Assembly: GCA_947594845.1 (NCBI GenBank)
Contig: CANQEI010000005.1
Coordinates: forward strand, 26,367 to 90,366
Direction of reading: 5' to 3'
Source of the DNA: an uncultured Clostridia bacterium
GTDB taxonomy: Bacteria; Bacillota; Clostridia; TANB77; CAG-508
DNA length: 64,000 bases
The position numbers and the translations under genes are program-made. Every line of letters begins with the position of its first letter. Position 1 is the first letter of the stretch. The notes under the pieces are model-generated. The model saw nothing but the letters and a program-made list of their open reading frames with translations. It made no database searches and was not told the origin of the DNA. Shown piece after piece: positions 37,456 through 46,781 of this stretch.

Positions 37456-38229
37456 ATGAAATATGAAGAAAACTGTGAGTTACTAGAAAAAACTCAATTA
37501 AAAGATGATATTTTTAGATTTAAGATAAAAACAGAAAAAATTGCTAAAGAATCAAAACCAGGAAATTTTTTAGAAATTAAAGTTTGTCAAAATGGAGAAC
37601 CATTTTTAAGAAGACCAATAAGCATATTTTCTATTGATGGAGAAAATGTGGAATTTATCTTCCAAGTTAAAGGAAAGGGAACTGAACTTTTATCAACAGC
37701 AAAAGTTGGAGAGAAAATAAATATATTAGGACCTCTAGGAAATGGAACATTTTCTGTAAACAACTATAATGTAGTTGCAATAATTGGAGGTGGAATAGGG
37801 GTATATCCATTGTATGAAGCGGCAAAACAATTAAAAGGAAAAGCAAAAATAAACACATATCTTGGATATAGAAACAAAGATTATGTAACAGTAGAAAAAG
37901 AATTTAAAGAAGTTTCTGATAAGGTAATTGTTACAACAGATGATGGAAGTTATGGAGAAAAAGGATTTGCGATTGACTTCTTAAAAAACGATGAAAAACC
38001 AGACATTATTATGGCATGTGGACCATTACCAATGCTTAGAGCTGTGAAACAATTTGCACAAGAGAATAATATAAAATGTCAAGTTTCATTAGAAGAAAGA
38101 ATGGGATGTGGTTTAGGTGCTTGCCTAGGATGTGCAGTTAAAACTGCTACAAGTTCAAAAGAAAACCCTGAATACTGGCATGTTTGCAAAGGAGGACCAG
38201 TATTTGATGCTTCCTCTGTAGAATTTTAA
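37456..38229 (+). CDS. pyrK: Dihydroorotate dehydrogenase B electron-transfer subunit
   Basis: RRPISI FAD motif, GGGIGV, C-terminal 2Fe-2S CGLGACLGCAV...C. Confidence 0.88.
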   Translation: MKYEENCELLEKTQLKDDIFRFKIKTEKIAKESKPGNFLEIKVCQNGEPFLRRPISIFSIDGENVEFIFQVKGKGTELLSTAKVGEKINILGPLGNGTFSVNNYNVVAIIGGGIGVYPLYEAAKQLKGKAKINTYLGYRNKDYVTVEKEFKEVSDKVIVTTDDGSYGEKGFAIDFLKNDEKPDIIMACGPLPMLRAVKQFAQENNIKCQVSLEERMGCGLGACLGCAVKTATSSKENPEYWHVCKGGPVFDASSVEF

Positions 38230-38294
38230 TAATTACAAAATTTACAGTGATTGAAAGTTAAATCATTCAAAATAATAAATAAAAGGAGAAAAAA

Positions 38295-39200
38295 ATGAAA
38301 ACATCTATTAATTTTGCTGGAATAGAAATGAAAAATCCAGTTACAGTAGCTTCTGGAACATTTGGATATGGAAGAGAATTTCAAGATTTTATAGATTTAA
38401 ATAAACTAGGAGCAATAATAACAAAAGGAACTTCTTTAAAACCTAGAGCTGGAAATAAACCACCTAGAGTTTGTGAAACTGCAAGTGGAATGCTAAATGC
38501 AATTGGATTGCAAAATCCAGGTGTAGAATACTTTGCAAAAGTTGATTTACCATTCTTAAAAAAATTTGATACAAAAATAATAGTTAATGCATGCGGAAGT
38601 ACTATTGAAGAGTATGTAGAACTTTGTAAAATACTAAATACATTAGATATAGATGGAGTCGAATTAAATCTTTCTTGCCCAAATGTAAAAGAAGGCTGTT
38701 TAGCATTTGGAACAACATATGAAGGCGTGAAAAATGTAACTAGTCAAGTAAGAAAAGTTTTAGATAAACCTTTAATAGTAAAATTAACACCTAATGTAAC
38801 AGATATTACTTTGCCGGCTAGAGGAGCAGAAGATGCTGGTGCTGATGCAATATCAGCAATTAATACTTTATTAGGCATGAAAATTGATATAGATAAGCAA
38901 AAACCAATTCTAGCAAATACAACAGGAGGTCTTTCTGGACCAGCAATAATGCCAGTTGCATTAAGATGCGTTTGGCAAATTGCTAATAGTGTTAAGATAC
39001 CGGTAATGGGACTTGGAGGAATAATGTCTGGACAAGATGCTATTGAGTTTATGCTTGCTGGAGCAACAGCAGTTTCAATAGGAGCTGGAAATTTTGTAGA
39101 TCCAACTGTTAGTCTAAAAACAATTGAAGGAATAGAAAATTACATGAAGAAACATGATATAGAAGATATAAAAGAAATAATAGGAAAAATTAATAATTAA
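38295..39200 (+). CDS. pyrD: Dihydroorotate dehydrogenase B catalytic subunit
   Basis: NPV..ASGTFG, LNAIGLQNPG, ELNLSCPN, GGLSGPAI, GLGGI. Confidence 0.92.
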   Translation: MKTSINFAGIEMKNPVTVASGTFGYGREFQDFIDLNKLGAIITKGTSLKPRAGNKPPRVCETASGMLNAIGLQNPGVEYFAKVDLPFLKKFDTKIIVNACGSTIEEYVELCKILNTLDIDGVELNLSCPNVKEGCLAFGTTYEGVKNVTSQVRKVLDKPLIVKLTPNVTDITLPARGAEDAGADAISAINTLLGMKIDIDKQKPILANTTGGLSGPAIMPVALRCVWQIANSVKIPVMGLGGIMSGQDAIEFMLAGATAVSIGAGNFVDPTVSLKTIEGIENYMKKHDIEDIKEIIGKINN

Positions 39201-39215
39201 AATATTTAGATTTTT

Positions 39216-39246
39216 GAAGTTACAAAATTTGTAACTTCTTTTTTTA
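39216..39246 (+). terminator. Intrinsic terminator
   Basis: gaagttacaaa / tttgtaacttc stem plus T7. Confidence 0.8.
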
Positions 39247-39308
39247 TGTGTTGTGAATATACATTATTATAATGAATTATCTAAAAGCAGAAAGGATTGA
39301 TATACTAT

Positions 39309-39572
39309 ATGAATTTTAATAAAGTAAATGAGTTTTTAGATTTACCTAGAGAAGTAGGAACTGATATTCCCAAAATAACCATGATAGGATTTAATGAAAT
39401 TTTAATTGAAAATTATAAAGGAATATTAGAATATGAAGATTTTTTTATAAGAATATGTACACATATAGGAAACATAAACATAAATGGATTCGAGCTAAAA
39501 CTAAATCAAATTACAGATGAAGATATAAAAGTAACCGGAAAAATTGAAAACATAGATTTTGAATGTAGGTGA
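39309..39572 (+). CDS. yqfC: Sporulation protein YqfC (YabP family)
   Basis: YabP-like ...ITMIGFNEILIENYKGILEYEDFFIRI...G..L.L......D..V.GKI. Immediately precedes yqfD. Confidence 0.7.
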   Translation: MNFNKVNEFLDLPREVGTDIPKITMIGFNEILIENYKGILEYEDFFIRICTHIGNININGFELKLNQITDEDIKVTGKIENIDFECR

Positions 39573-39576
39573 TTAG

Positions 39577-40758
39577 ATGCAATTGAAAAAAGATATTGAT
39601 TACTTAAAAGGATATATTCAAATAGAAGTAGAAGGATTTTTTATAGAAAGATTTGTAAATAGTTGTGCGAAAGAAAATATACGATTATGGAAAACAAAAA
39701 GAATAAATAAAAGCAAAATATATACAAATCTAGAAATACCTAATTTAAAGAAAATAAGAGAAATTGCTAAAAAAACAAAATGTAAATTAAAAATAAAAAG
39801 AAAAAGAGGAGTTCCATTTTTAATAAAGAGATATAAAAAAAGAAAAGTATTTATATTAGCGTTTTTAATAATAATATTTTTGATATTTGGATTGTCAAAT
39901 TTTATATGGAATATTGAAATAGAAGGAAACAATCAAATATCCACAGAAGAACTACTTCAAGAATTAAATAATCAAGGTTTAGTGCAAGGTACTCTAAAGT
40001 ACAAAGTTAACACCAATCAAATAATAGAAAAAATAAGATTAGAAAATGAAAAAATAGCATGGATAGGAATAAAAATAGAAGGAACTAATGCTAAGGTTAC
40101 AATAGTTGAAGCCACAGATAAACCAGAATTAATTGACAAAGATGAATACTGTAATATCCGAGCAGATAAGGAAGGAATAATAACTAAAATAAATGTAACT
40201 AATGGAACAGCATTAGTAGCGGAAGGCGATGTAATAGAAGAAGGAGATTTATTAATTGGAGGATGGATGGAAGGAAAATATACTGGTGTAAGGTATATGC
40301 ATGCATCGGGAGAAATAAAAGCTAAAGTATGGTATACAGCAGAAAAATATGAAACTTTTATACAAGATGAAAAGATTGAAACCCAGCAAAAAGAAAATAA
40401 ATATTCAATTGTATTTAATAAAAACAAAATAAATTTTTATAAAAACCTTTCAAAATTTGAAAAATATGATACAATAGAAACGAATAAAAAAATAAAATTA
40501 TTTAACAATTTTTATTTACCAATAGAATTCAAAAAATCAACAAATTATGAATACAAAATTGAACAAAAACAGTACGATACAGAAAGTTTGAAGGAAAAAA
40601 TTTCTGAAGAACTTGATGAACAAATGAAGACAAATTTAGAGAACAAAGAACTAATCAATAAAGAAGCAATAGTTGAGGAGGATCAAAACGGAATTAAGGT
40701 AAGACTAATTTATGAGGTAATTGAAGACATAGGGGTAGAGGAAAAATTGGTTTCATGA
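39577..40758 (+). CDS. yqfD: Sporulation protein YqfD
   Basis: 393 aa. N-terminal GYIQIEVEGFFIERFVN, a central TM helix, and yqfC-yqfD synteny. Confidence 0.75.
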   Translation: MQLKKDIDYLKGYIQIEVEGFFIERFVNSCAKENIRLWKTKRINKSKIYTNLEIPNLKKIREIAKKTKCKLKIKRKRGVPFLIKRYKKRKVFILAFLIIIFLIFGLSNFIWNIEIEGNNQISTEELLQELNNQGLVQGTLKYKVNTNQIIEKIRLENEKIAWIGIKIEGTNAKVTIVEATDKPELIDKDEYCNIRADKEGIITKINVTNGTALVAEGDVIEEGDLLIGGWMEGKYTGVRYMHASGEIKAKVWYTAEKYETFIQDEKIETQQKENKYSIVFNKNKINFYKNLSKFEKYDTIETNKKIKLFNNFYLPIEFKKSTNYEYKIEQKQYDTESLKEKISEELDEQMKTNLENKELINKEAIVEEDQNGIKVRLIYEVIEDIGVEEKLVS

Positions 40759-40770
40759 GAGGAGAAAAAA

Positions 40771-41931
40771 TTGGAACAGAGAAGTTTAAGAGTAGTCGAT
40801 TCAAATAAAACTTTTTTTGGAAAACTAAGTGAGACATTATCTAAGTTTATAATACCAACTAAAATAGGAATTAATGGTCTTGTAATTAATTTCAAGAGAA
40901 ACAATTTATTGAAATCATATGAAGCAAGCCTAGAAAAAGGGCTTGACGAAGAAAAGAAAAAAGCTGTTGACTCTAAATTTCAAGAAGCATACACTTTATA
41001 TTTAGAGGCAATAGACAAATACGTTATGGATAGTATCTATAAAAAAGTAAAACTAGATACTGCTTCTGAATTCGAAAAAGAAGCAATGAAAAATTATTAT
41101 ACTATAACATCATTAAAAGAAAATGAATACATAGAATATAAATACAGAAAACAAAAATATTTAATAGACTTAGATTATGAGTCATTAAAAATTAATGGAA
41201 AAGAAAAAGTAATAGAAAAATACAAGACATTTTATTTAGATCAAATGGATACTTTTTATAAAGGTTTACTAAAAAATTATTCAGTTAAATTGGCTGATAC
41301 ACAAAAAGATGGTAAATACGTTAAAGTAGAAATATATAACAATATATTTAATACTTTAAATGATTATATATCAACAATTTTACCATTAAAAAATGATGGA
41401 AAAGTAGAAAAGAAAATAAGAGATGACTACAATAAATTAGATCAATTTGATGTAGGAAAATTAGACGACAAAGATTATGTTGAAAAGAACATGTTATTAC
41501 TTAATATTAGCAGACAAATATTTACACATAGCTTACCATTAGTAGCTGCTGAACAGTGCTATAATAAATTATTAAGTGATTTAAGAAAAATAATAGTAAA
41601 AACTGAAAATCCAAAAGAAAAAATGGAAGCATATGATTTACTATTAGATTTAGCTGAAACTTATAATGTAAAAACTTTATCAACAAAAGTATATTGGGAG
41701 AAGCTAGAAGAAAGAGAAAAATATAAAAAATTCTGGAATAAATATCAAAAAGCTAAAACAGCAAAAGAAAAAGAAATTATATTCTTAAAAAGGGAGATTG
41801 AAACATTAAGAGATAATCTTCAAAATCAAGATATTCTTAAATTTTATAGAGAAAGATTAGGAGCATGCGGTGCTCTAAGAAATATAAAAAATTCATGTAG
41901 GACAGGCAATAAATACATAAAAGTAAAATAG
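40771..41931 (+). CDS. Hypothetical K/E-rich helical protein (no family recognised)
   Basis: TTG start 7 nt after gaggag. Occupies the position of phoH/pgpH between yqfD and ybeY. Confidence 0.45.
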   Translation: MEQRSLRVVDSNKTFFGKLSETLSKFIIPTKIGINGLVINFKRNNLLKSYEASLEKGLDEEKKKAVDSKFQEAYTLYLEAIDKYVMDSIYKKVKLDTASEFEKEAMKNYYTITSLKENEYIEYKYRKQKYLIDLDYESLKINGKEKVIEKYKTFYLDQMDTFYKGLLKNYSVKLADTQKDGKYVKVEIYNNIFNTLNDYISTILPLKNDGKVEKKIRDDYNKLDQFDVGKLDDKDYVEKNMLLLNISRQIFTHSLPLVAAEQCYNKLLSDLRKIIVKTENPKEKMEAYDLLLDLAETYNVKTLSTKVYWEKLEEREKYKKFWNKYQKAKTAKEKEIIFLKREIETLRDNLQNQDILKFYRERLGACGALRNIKNSCRTGNKYIKVK

Positions 41932-41946
41932 AAAGGTTAATTTTTA

Positions 41947-42417
41947 GTGGAAGAAAGAACACAAATAGAATTCTTAGATATAGAAGAGACCGACAAATAC
42001 AAAGAAATTATAGAAAAAGTAGTTAATAAATGCTTTGAAGAAGAAAATTTACTAAAAACTAAATTATATATTAGCATAATTTTAACTACCCCAGACAAAA
42101 TTCAAGAATTAAATAATACATATAGAAAAATTAATAAAGCAACAGACGTACTTTCATTTCCTATTTTTGAAAAAGAAGAATTGAATAATATAAAAACTGA
42201 AATTGAGGAGCCTCTAGGAGATATTGTAATATCTATTGAACAAGTTAAGCAACAAGCAAAAGAATATAATCACTCATTTGAAAGAGAACTTGCTTACATG
42301 GTTGTACACGGATTTTATCATTTAATGGGATATGATCATATAGAAATAACAGATAGAAAAATGATGAGAGAAAAGGAAGAAAATGTTCTTAACAAATTGA
42401 ATATAGTTAGGGAGTAA
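41947..42417 (+). CDS. ybeY: rRNA maturation endoribonuclease YbeY
   Basis: HGFYHLMGYDH zinc motif. Confidence 0.88.
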   Translation: MEERTQIEFLDIEETDKYKEIIEKVVNKCFEEENLLKTKLYISIILTTPDKIQELNNTYRKINKATDVLSFPIFEKEELNNIKTEIEEPLGDIVISIEQVKQQAKEYNHSFERELAYMVVHGFYHLMGYDHIEITDRKMMREKEENVLNKLNIVRE

Positions 42418-42444
42418 TTACAAAAGAAAGAGAGGGCGATAAAT

Positions 42445-43554
42445 ATGAGCAGAAAAAAGGAAAAGAAAAAAAGTAAAAAGCTTATCGTTTTTATAATAAT
42501 TATTATTTTATTAGCAGCTGCTGGAGTTGGAGTATTTTTTGGATATAATATTTTTGTAAAGGGAAAGCCTGTACAAGAAGTTGTTTCCCAAATTGTTGAA
42601 CCAGAGCCAGAGCCTGAACCAGTAAAACAAGTCGAAATATTTTCAGGAGAAAATAGACCAATAGCTTTTATGATTGATAATCATAGTGATGCTTGGCCAC
42701 AATTTTCAATAAATCAAGCTTATCTTGTTTATGAAATAATTGTTGAAGGCGGAGAAACAAGATTAATGGCGTTATTTAAAGGAACAGATGTAGAAAAAGT
42801 TGGCCCAATGAGAAGTTCAAGACATTATTTCTTAGATTATGCTCTTGAAAATGATGCTATATATGCTCATATTGGATGGAGCCCACAAGCTCAAAAAGAT
42901 ATAAAATCACTTGGAGTAAATAATATAAATGGATTAGAGTATGATACAGGAAAAGCTTGGAAAGAAGGAGACGTTTTCTGGAGAATTACAACAGAAGGTG
43001 GAAAGAAATACGTAAAACCACATAACTCTATATCAAGTACAACTGCTGTTAGAGCTGCTGCAGAATCTAAAGGATATAGAACAACATCTACTCAAAAAAG
43101 CGTATTAAATTATGTAACAGATGAAGTATTATTAGATGAAAGAGAAGATGCAGTAGCAGCTACAAGTGTTACAATTCCTTTTTCAAAGCTACAAACAGTT
43201 AATTTTAAATATGATGCTGAAACACAAAGATACACAAGATATGCAAGAAAGAAAGTACAAACAGATGCTGTATCTCAAACTAATATAACAACTAAAAATA
43301 TAATAATAACTCATGTACAAAATTATACTTTGACAGATGGAGAAAATAAAGGAAGACAAGGACTAAAAAATACAGGTGGTACATATAATGGATATTACAT
43401 AACAAATGGTAAAGCAATTCCAATTACTTGTACAAAAGCAGACAGATCTAGTCAAACAGTATACAAAGATGCTGCAGGAAACGAAATCAATGTAAACGAT
43501 GGAAATACATTCATTGAAATTTGTCCACTTGATGCAACAATTACTTTTGAATAA
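42445..43554 (+). CDS. DUF3048 (YerB-like) membrane-anchored protein
   Basis: N-terminal TM helix, EPEPEPEP linker, RPIAFMIDNHSDAWPQ...YEIIVEGGETRLMALF. Confidence 0.7.
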   Translation: MSRKKEKKKSKKLIVFIIIIILLAAAGVGVFFGYNIFVKGKPVQEVVSQIVEPEPEPEPVKQVEIFSGENRPIAFMIDNHSDAWPQFSINQAYLVYEIIVEGGETRLMALFKGTDVEKVGPMRSSRHYFLDYALENDAIYAHIGWSPQAQKDIKSLGVNNINGLEYDTGKAWKEGDVFWRITTEGGKKYVKPHNSISSTTAVRAAAESKGYRTTSTQKSVLNYVTDEVLLDEREDAVAATSVTIPFSKLQTVNFKYDAETQRYTRYARKKVQTDAVSQTNITTKNIIITHVQNYTLTDGENKGRQGLKNTGGTYNGYYITNGKAIPITCTKADRSSQTVYKDAAGNEINVNDGNTFIEICPLDATITFE

Positions 43555-43560
43555 AAATTA

Positions 43561-43593
43561 AAGATGGCAAAATTACTCGCCATCTTTTTTTTT
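43561..43593 (+). terminator. Intrinsic terminator
   Basis: aagatggc / gccatctt stem plus T9. Confidence 0.8.
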
Positions 43594-43606
43594 ATTAATT
43601 CAAAAG

Positions 43607-43635
43607 TTGTTAAAATATTAAATTTGTGCTAAAAT
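43607..43635 (+). promoter_or_regulatory. Candidate promoter of era
   Basis: TTGTTA, 17 nt, TGcTAAAAT. Confidence 0.5.
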
Positions 43636-43656
43636 GTCATCGAAAAGGAGAAGAAA

Positions 43657-44562
43657 ATGGCAGAATTTAAATCAGGTTTTGTATCTATAATAGGAAGAAC
43701 AAATGTAGGTAAATCTACCTTATTAAATAATTTGATAAAAGAAGATGTTGTAATTACTGCAAATAAACCACAAACGACAAGAATGGCAATAAAAGCTATA
43801 GCAAATAGAGAAAATTCTCAAATTATTTTTATAGATACACCAGGAATACATAAACCAAAAAGCAAATTAAGTGAAACCATGATAGACACTGCATGGTCAA
43901 GTTTAAAAGATGTTGATGTAGTTTTATTTATGATAGAAGCAACAAGCAAAGAAGTTGGAAAAGGCGACACTTATATATTAGATAAATTAAAAGAAATAAA
44001 AAAGAAAACTATATTAATAATAAACAAAATAGATTTAGTACCAAAAGAAAATTTATTAAATTTGATAAATATATATAAAGAAAAATACGACTTTTCTGCA
44101 GTAATACCGGTTGATTCTACACAATCTAAATATGGAGATGTAGTTCTAGATGAAATAGAAAAATTATTAAAACCAGGACCTAAGTATTATGAAGAAGATG
44201 AATATACAGACCAAACTTTAAGACAAATGGCTGAAGAAAAAATAAGAGAAAAGGCTTTAAGATTTTTAGATGATGAAGTACCACATGGAATATATGTAGA
44301 AGTAGAAAAGTTTAAAGATAGAAAAACAAAACAAAAAGAAGAAATATATGATATAGATGCAACAATATACTGTAAAAGAGAATCACATAAAGGTATTATA
44401 ATTGGAAAAAATGGACAGATGCTTAAAAAAATAGGACAATATGCAAGACAAGATTTAGAAAAAACTTTCAGAGTAAAAGTAAATCTAAAATTATGGGTAA
44501 AAGTAGATAATAAATGGGATGAAAATACTCAAATATTGAAAAAGTTCAAGTATACAAATTAA
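43657..44562 (+). CDS. era: GTPase Era
   Basis: GRTNVGKSTL, DTPG, NKID, C-terminal KH domain (KGIIIGKNGQMLKKIG). Confidence 0.95.
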   Translation: MAEFKSGFVSIIGRTNVGKSTLLNNLIKEDVVITANKPQTTRMAIKAIANRENSQIIFIDTPGIHKPKSKLSETMIDTAWSSLKDVDVVLFMIEATSKEVGKGDTYILDKLKEIKKKTILIINKIDLVPKENLLNLINIYKEKYDFSAVIPVDSTQSKYGDVVLDEIEKLLKPGPKYYEEDEYTDQTLRQMAEEKIREKALRFLDDEVPHGIYVEVEKFKDRKTKQKEEIYDIDATIYCKRESHKGIIIGKNGQMLKKIGQYARQDLEKTFRVKVNLKLWVKVDNKWDENTQILKKFKYTN

Positions 44563-44604
44563 TCAAAAGTTCATAATAATATTAGAAAGAGAAGTGATAT
44601 TATT

Positions 44605-44688
44605 ATGGACAAAAAAGAAAAATGGGAAAATTTTAAAAAATCAGGAAAAATCGAAGATTATTTAAAATATAAAGAAAAAGAAGAATAA
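44605..44688 (+). CDS. yqzL: YqzL-like micropeptide (27 aa: MDKKEKWENFKKSGKIEDYLKYKEKEE)
   Basis: Not in the ORF track. The W..F..(S/T)G.I..YL.YK pattern and its position between era and recO match the B. subtilis yqzL arrangement. Confidence 0.55.
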   Translation: MDKKEKWENFKKSGKIEDYLKYKEKEE

Positions 44689-44689
44689 T

Positions 44690-45418
44690 ATGAAAAGTGT
44701 AAAAACTAATGGAATTGTAATTGCAGAAAATAGCTTAGGCGATTCAGATAAAATTCTAACTATTTTAACACCAAACTTGGGAAAAATTTCTTGTGTTGCC
44801 AAAGGAGCTAAAAGACCAAAGAGCCTGCTTATGGCAGGTTCTCAATTACTATGCTTTGGAGAATATGTACTACACAAAGCAAATGATATGTATAATATTC
44901 AAAGTTGTGATCCGATAGAAATATTCTATAATATAAGGATTGACTTAGATAAATTAAATTATGCATCTAGCATAACTAAAATAATTACAGATGTAACTAC
45001 AGAAAATCAAAATAATTATAATATATTGAAATTATATTTAAATACTTTATACATAATATCTGAGAGTGATAAAAATTTAGATTTCATAATATCTATTTTT
45101 AAAATGAGATTACTAAAAATTTTAGGTTATTCACCTAATGTAAATGAATGTGTAAATTGCGGAGAAAAAGAAGATTTAACTGAATTTAGCATAAAAGATG
45201 ATGGATTTAAGTGCAGCAATTGCGCTAAACAAGACAAAAGTTCAATAAAACTATCTGAAGGAAGTAAATATGCAATAATATATAGCCTAAAAGCTGATGC
45301 AAAGAAAATATTTTCTTTTACTATAAGTGAACAGGCATTAAAAGAATTTGAATTAATTTCTAGAATATATTTTAATGAAAAAATGGAAAAGGAATATAAA
45401 GTAGAAAAATTAATATAA
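44690..45418 (+). CDS. recO: DNA repair protein RecO
   Basis: OB-fold N-terminus. Zinc motif CVNCG...CSNC. Confidence 0.88.
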   Translation: MKSVKTNGIVIAENSLGDSDKILTILTPNLGKISCVAKGAKRPKSLLMAGSQLLCFGEYVLHKANDMYNIQSCDPIEIFYNIRIDLDKLNYASSITKIITDVTTENQNNYNILKLYLNTLYIISESDKNLDFIISIFKMRLLKILGYSPNVNECVNCGEKEDLTEFSIKDDGFKCSNCAKQDKSSIKLSEGSKYAIIYSLKADAKKIFSFTISEQALKEFELISRIYFNEKMEKEYKVEKLI

Positions 45419-45445
45419 ATTAAAAGCTTGTAAGAAATATAATTA

Positions 45446-45474
45446 TTGACTTTTATACCTAATACATATATAAT
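45446..45474 (+). promoter_or_regulatory. Near-consensus promoter of hpf
   Basis: TTGACT, 17 nt, TATAAT. Confidence 0.6.
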
Positions 45475-45507
45475 GAAGCCACAAAACGAAAGAAGGAGAG
45501 AAAATAT

Positions 45508-46041
45508 ATGAATATAACAATTTCAGGAAAAGATTTAAAAGCAACAGAAGCCATTAAAGATTACATTGAGAAAAAAATTACAAGATTAGAAAAATATTTT
45601 GATACAGATAACCTAGATGTTCAAGTAATGATAAGATTGGAAAGAGAATTACAAATTGCTGAAATAAGCGCTTCATACAAAAGCGACAGATTTAGAGCAG
45701 TTACAGAAAATAAAGATTTATATGCTTCAATTGATGAAGATATTGACATTTTAGAAAGACAAATCAGAAAAGCAAAAACAAGAAAAGAAAGACTAAATAA
45801 AGATGAATCTTTAAAAATTAAAGAAATGTCTACAGAGGCAACAGCAACAGTAGAGGGAGAAGTTATAAAAACAATATACTACGAAATAAAACCTATGTCT
45901 GTTGAAGATGCTAAATTAGCTCTAGAAAATAAACCAGGTGCTGTATTTCTAACATTTGTAGATGTTGATACAAACAGAGTAAATGTAATTTACAAATTAA
46001 AAGATGGAAAAAATTATGGTTTAGTAGAACCAGAAGTATAA
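45508..46041 (+). CDS. hpf: Ribosome hibernation-promoting factor (long HPF)
   Basis: MNITISGKDL..T.AIKDYIEKK..RLEKYF plus the C-terminal dimerisation domain (PMSVEDA...F.F......V.V.Y...DG.YGL.EP). Confidence 0.9.
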   Translation: MNITISGKDLKATEAIKDYIEKKITRLEKYFDTDNLDVQVMIRLERELQIAEISASYKSDRFRAVTENKDLYASIDEDIDILERQIRKAKTRKERLNKDESLKIKEMSTEATATVEGEVIKTIYYEIKPMSVEDAKLALENKPGAVFLTFVDVDTNRVNVIYKLKDGKNYGLVEPEV

Positions 46042-46066
46042 GAATTTAAAAATAATATTGCTAAAG

Positions 46067-46106
46067 AATAAGTTAGTTTGGTATAATCAAACTGACTTAT
46101 TTTATT
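46067..46106 (+). terminator. Intrinsic terminator
   Basis: aataagttagtttg / caaactgacttatt stem, then ttatt. Confidence 0.7.
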
Positions 46107-46184
46107 CTAAGGAAAAAATATCAATTTCAATTTAGTAAAACAACTAGTATAATAAATAAAGGGATTTGTTTAGGAGGTAAAAAT

Positions 46185-46670
46185 ATGGAACAGAACAAAT
46201 GCAATTGTAACTGCGAAGGAGTATACAAAGAGATTTTAGAAAAATACGATAAAGACAAAAGTAATTTAATTAAAATCTTAAATGATGTCCAAGAAAAAGC
46301 AGGATACATACCAATGAAAGCACAAGAAGAAATATCTAAATATTTAGATATACCAATGGCAGAAATTTATGGAGTAATTACATTTTATTCAAGATTCACA
46401 TTAAAACCAAAAGGAAAATATCATATAGCAGTATGTTTAGGAACAGCATGTTATGTTAAAGGTTCACAAAAAATATTAGATAGACTAAAAGAAAGACTAA
46501 AAATTGAAGAAGGAGAAACTACTGCGGACGGAAAATTTTCAATTGAAGCCACAAGATGTGTTGGAGCATGCGGACTTGCACCAGTATTTACAATAAACAA
46601 TGAAGTACATGGTAAAGCCACAGTAAAAATGTTAGATGAAATGCTAGATAAAATAGAGGCAGAAGCATAA
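46185..46670 (+). CDS. hydC: NuoE-like 2Fe-2S subunit of a multimeric [FeFe] hydrogenase (HydC/HndA type)
   Basis: CLGTACYVKG...CVGACGLAP thioredoxin-like 2Fe-2S motif. Confidence 0.85.
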   Translation: MEQNKCNCNCEGVYKEILEKYDKDKSNLIKILNDVQEKAGYIPMKAQEEISKYLDIPMAEIYGVITFYSRFTLKPKGKYHIAVCLGTACYVKGSQKILDRLKERLKIEEGETTADGKFSIEATRCVGACGLAPVFTINNEVHGKATVKMLDEMLDKIEAEA

Positions 46671-46781
46671 TAAGAATATAGATTGTATAGGGATAACCTT
46701 ATGGTAATCCAGAAAACAAAATAAAAAATAATTGTAATGGCTGATCGCTGGACAGCCTAAAAAACAAAATGGAGGTAAAGT

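Noticed and set aside
42597-42620. gaaccagagccagagcctgaacca (EPEPEPEP) repeat in the DUF3048 gene
   Set aside because: It is a short, degenerate, in-frame Pro/Glu linker. It is typical of lipoprotein tethers and not a distinct feature.
46671-46781. Possible regulatory RNA or missing HndB-like gene in the hydC-hydB spacer
   Set aside because: Only short, weak stems were seen (ggctg/cagcc). There is no ORF with an RBS and no terminator-like T-run, so the evidence is insufficient.
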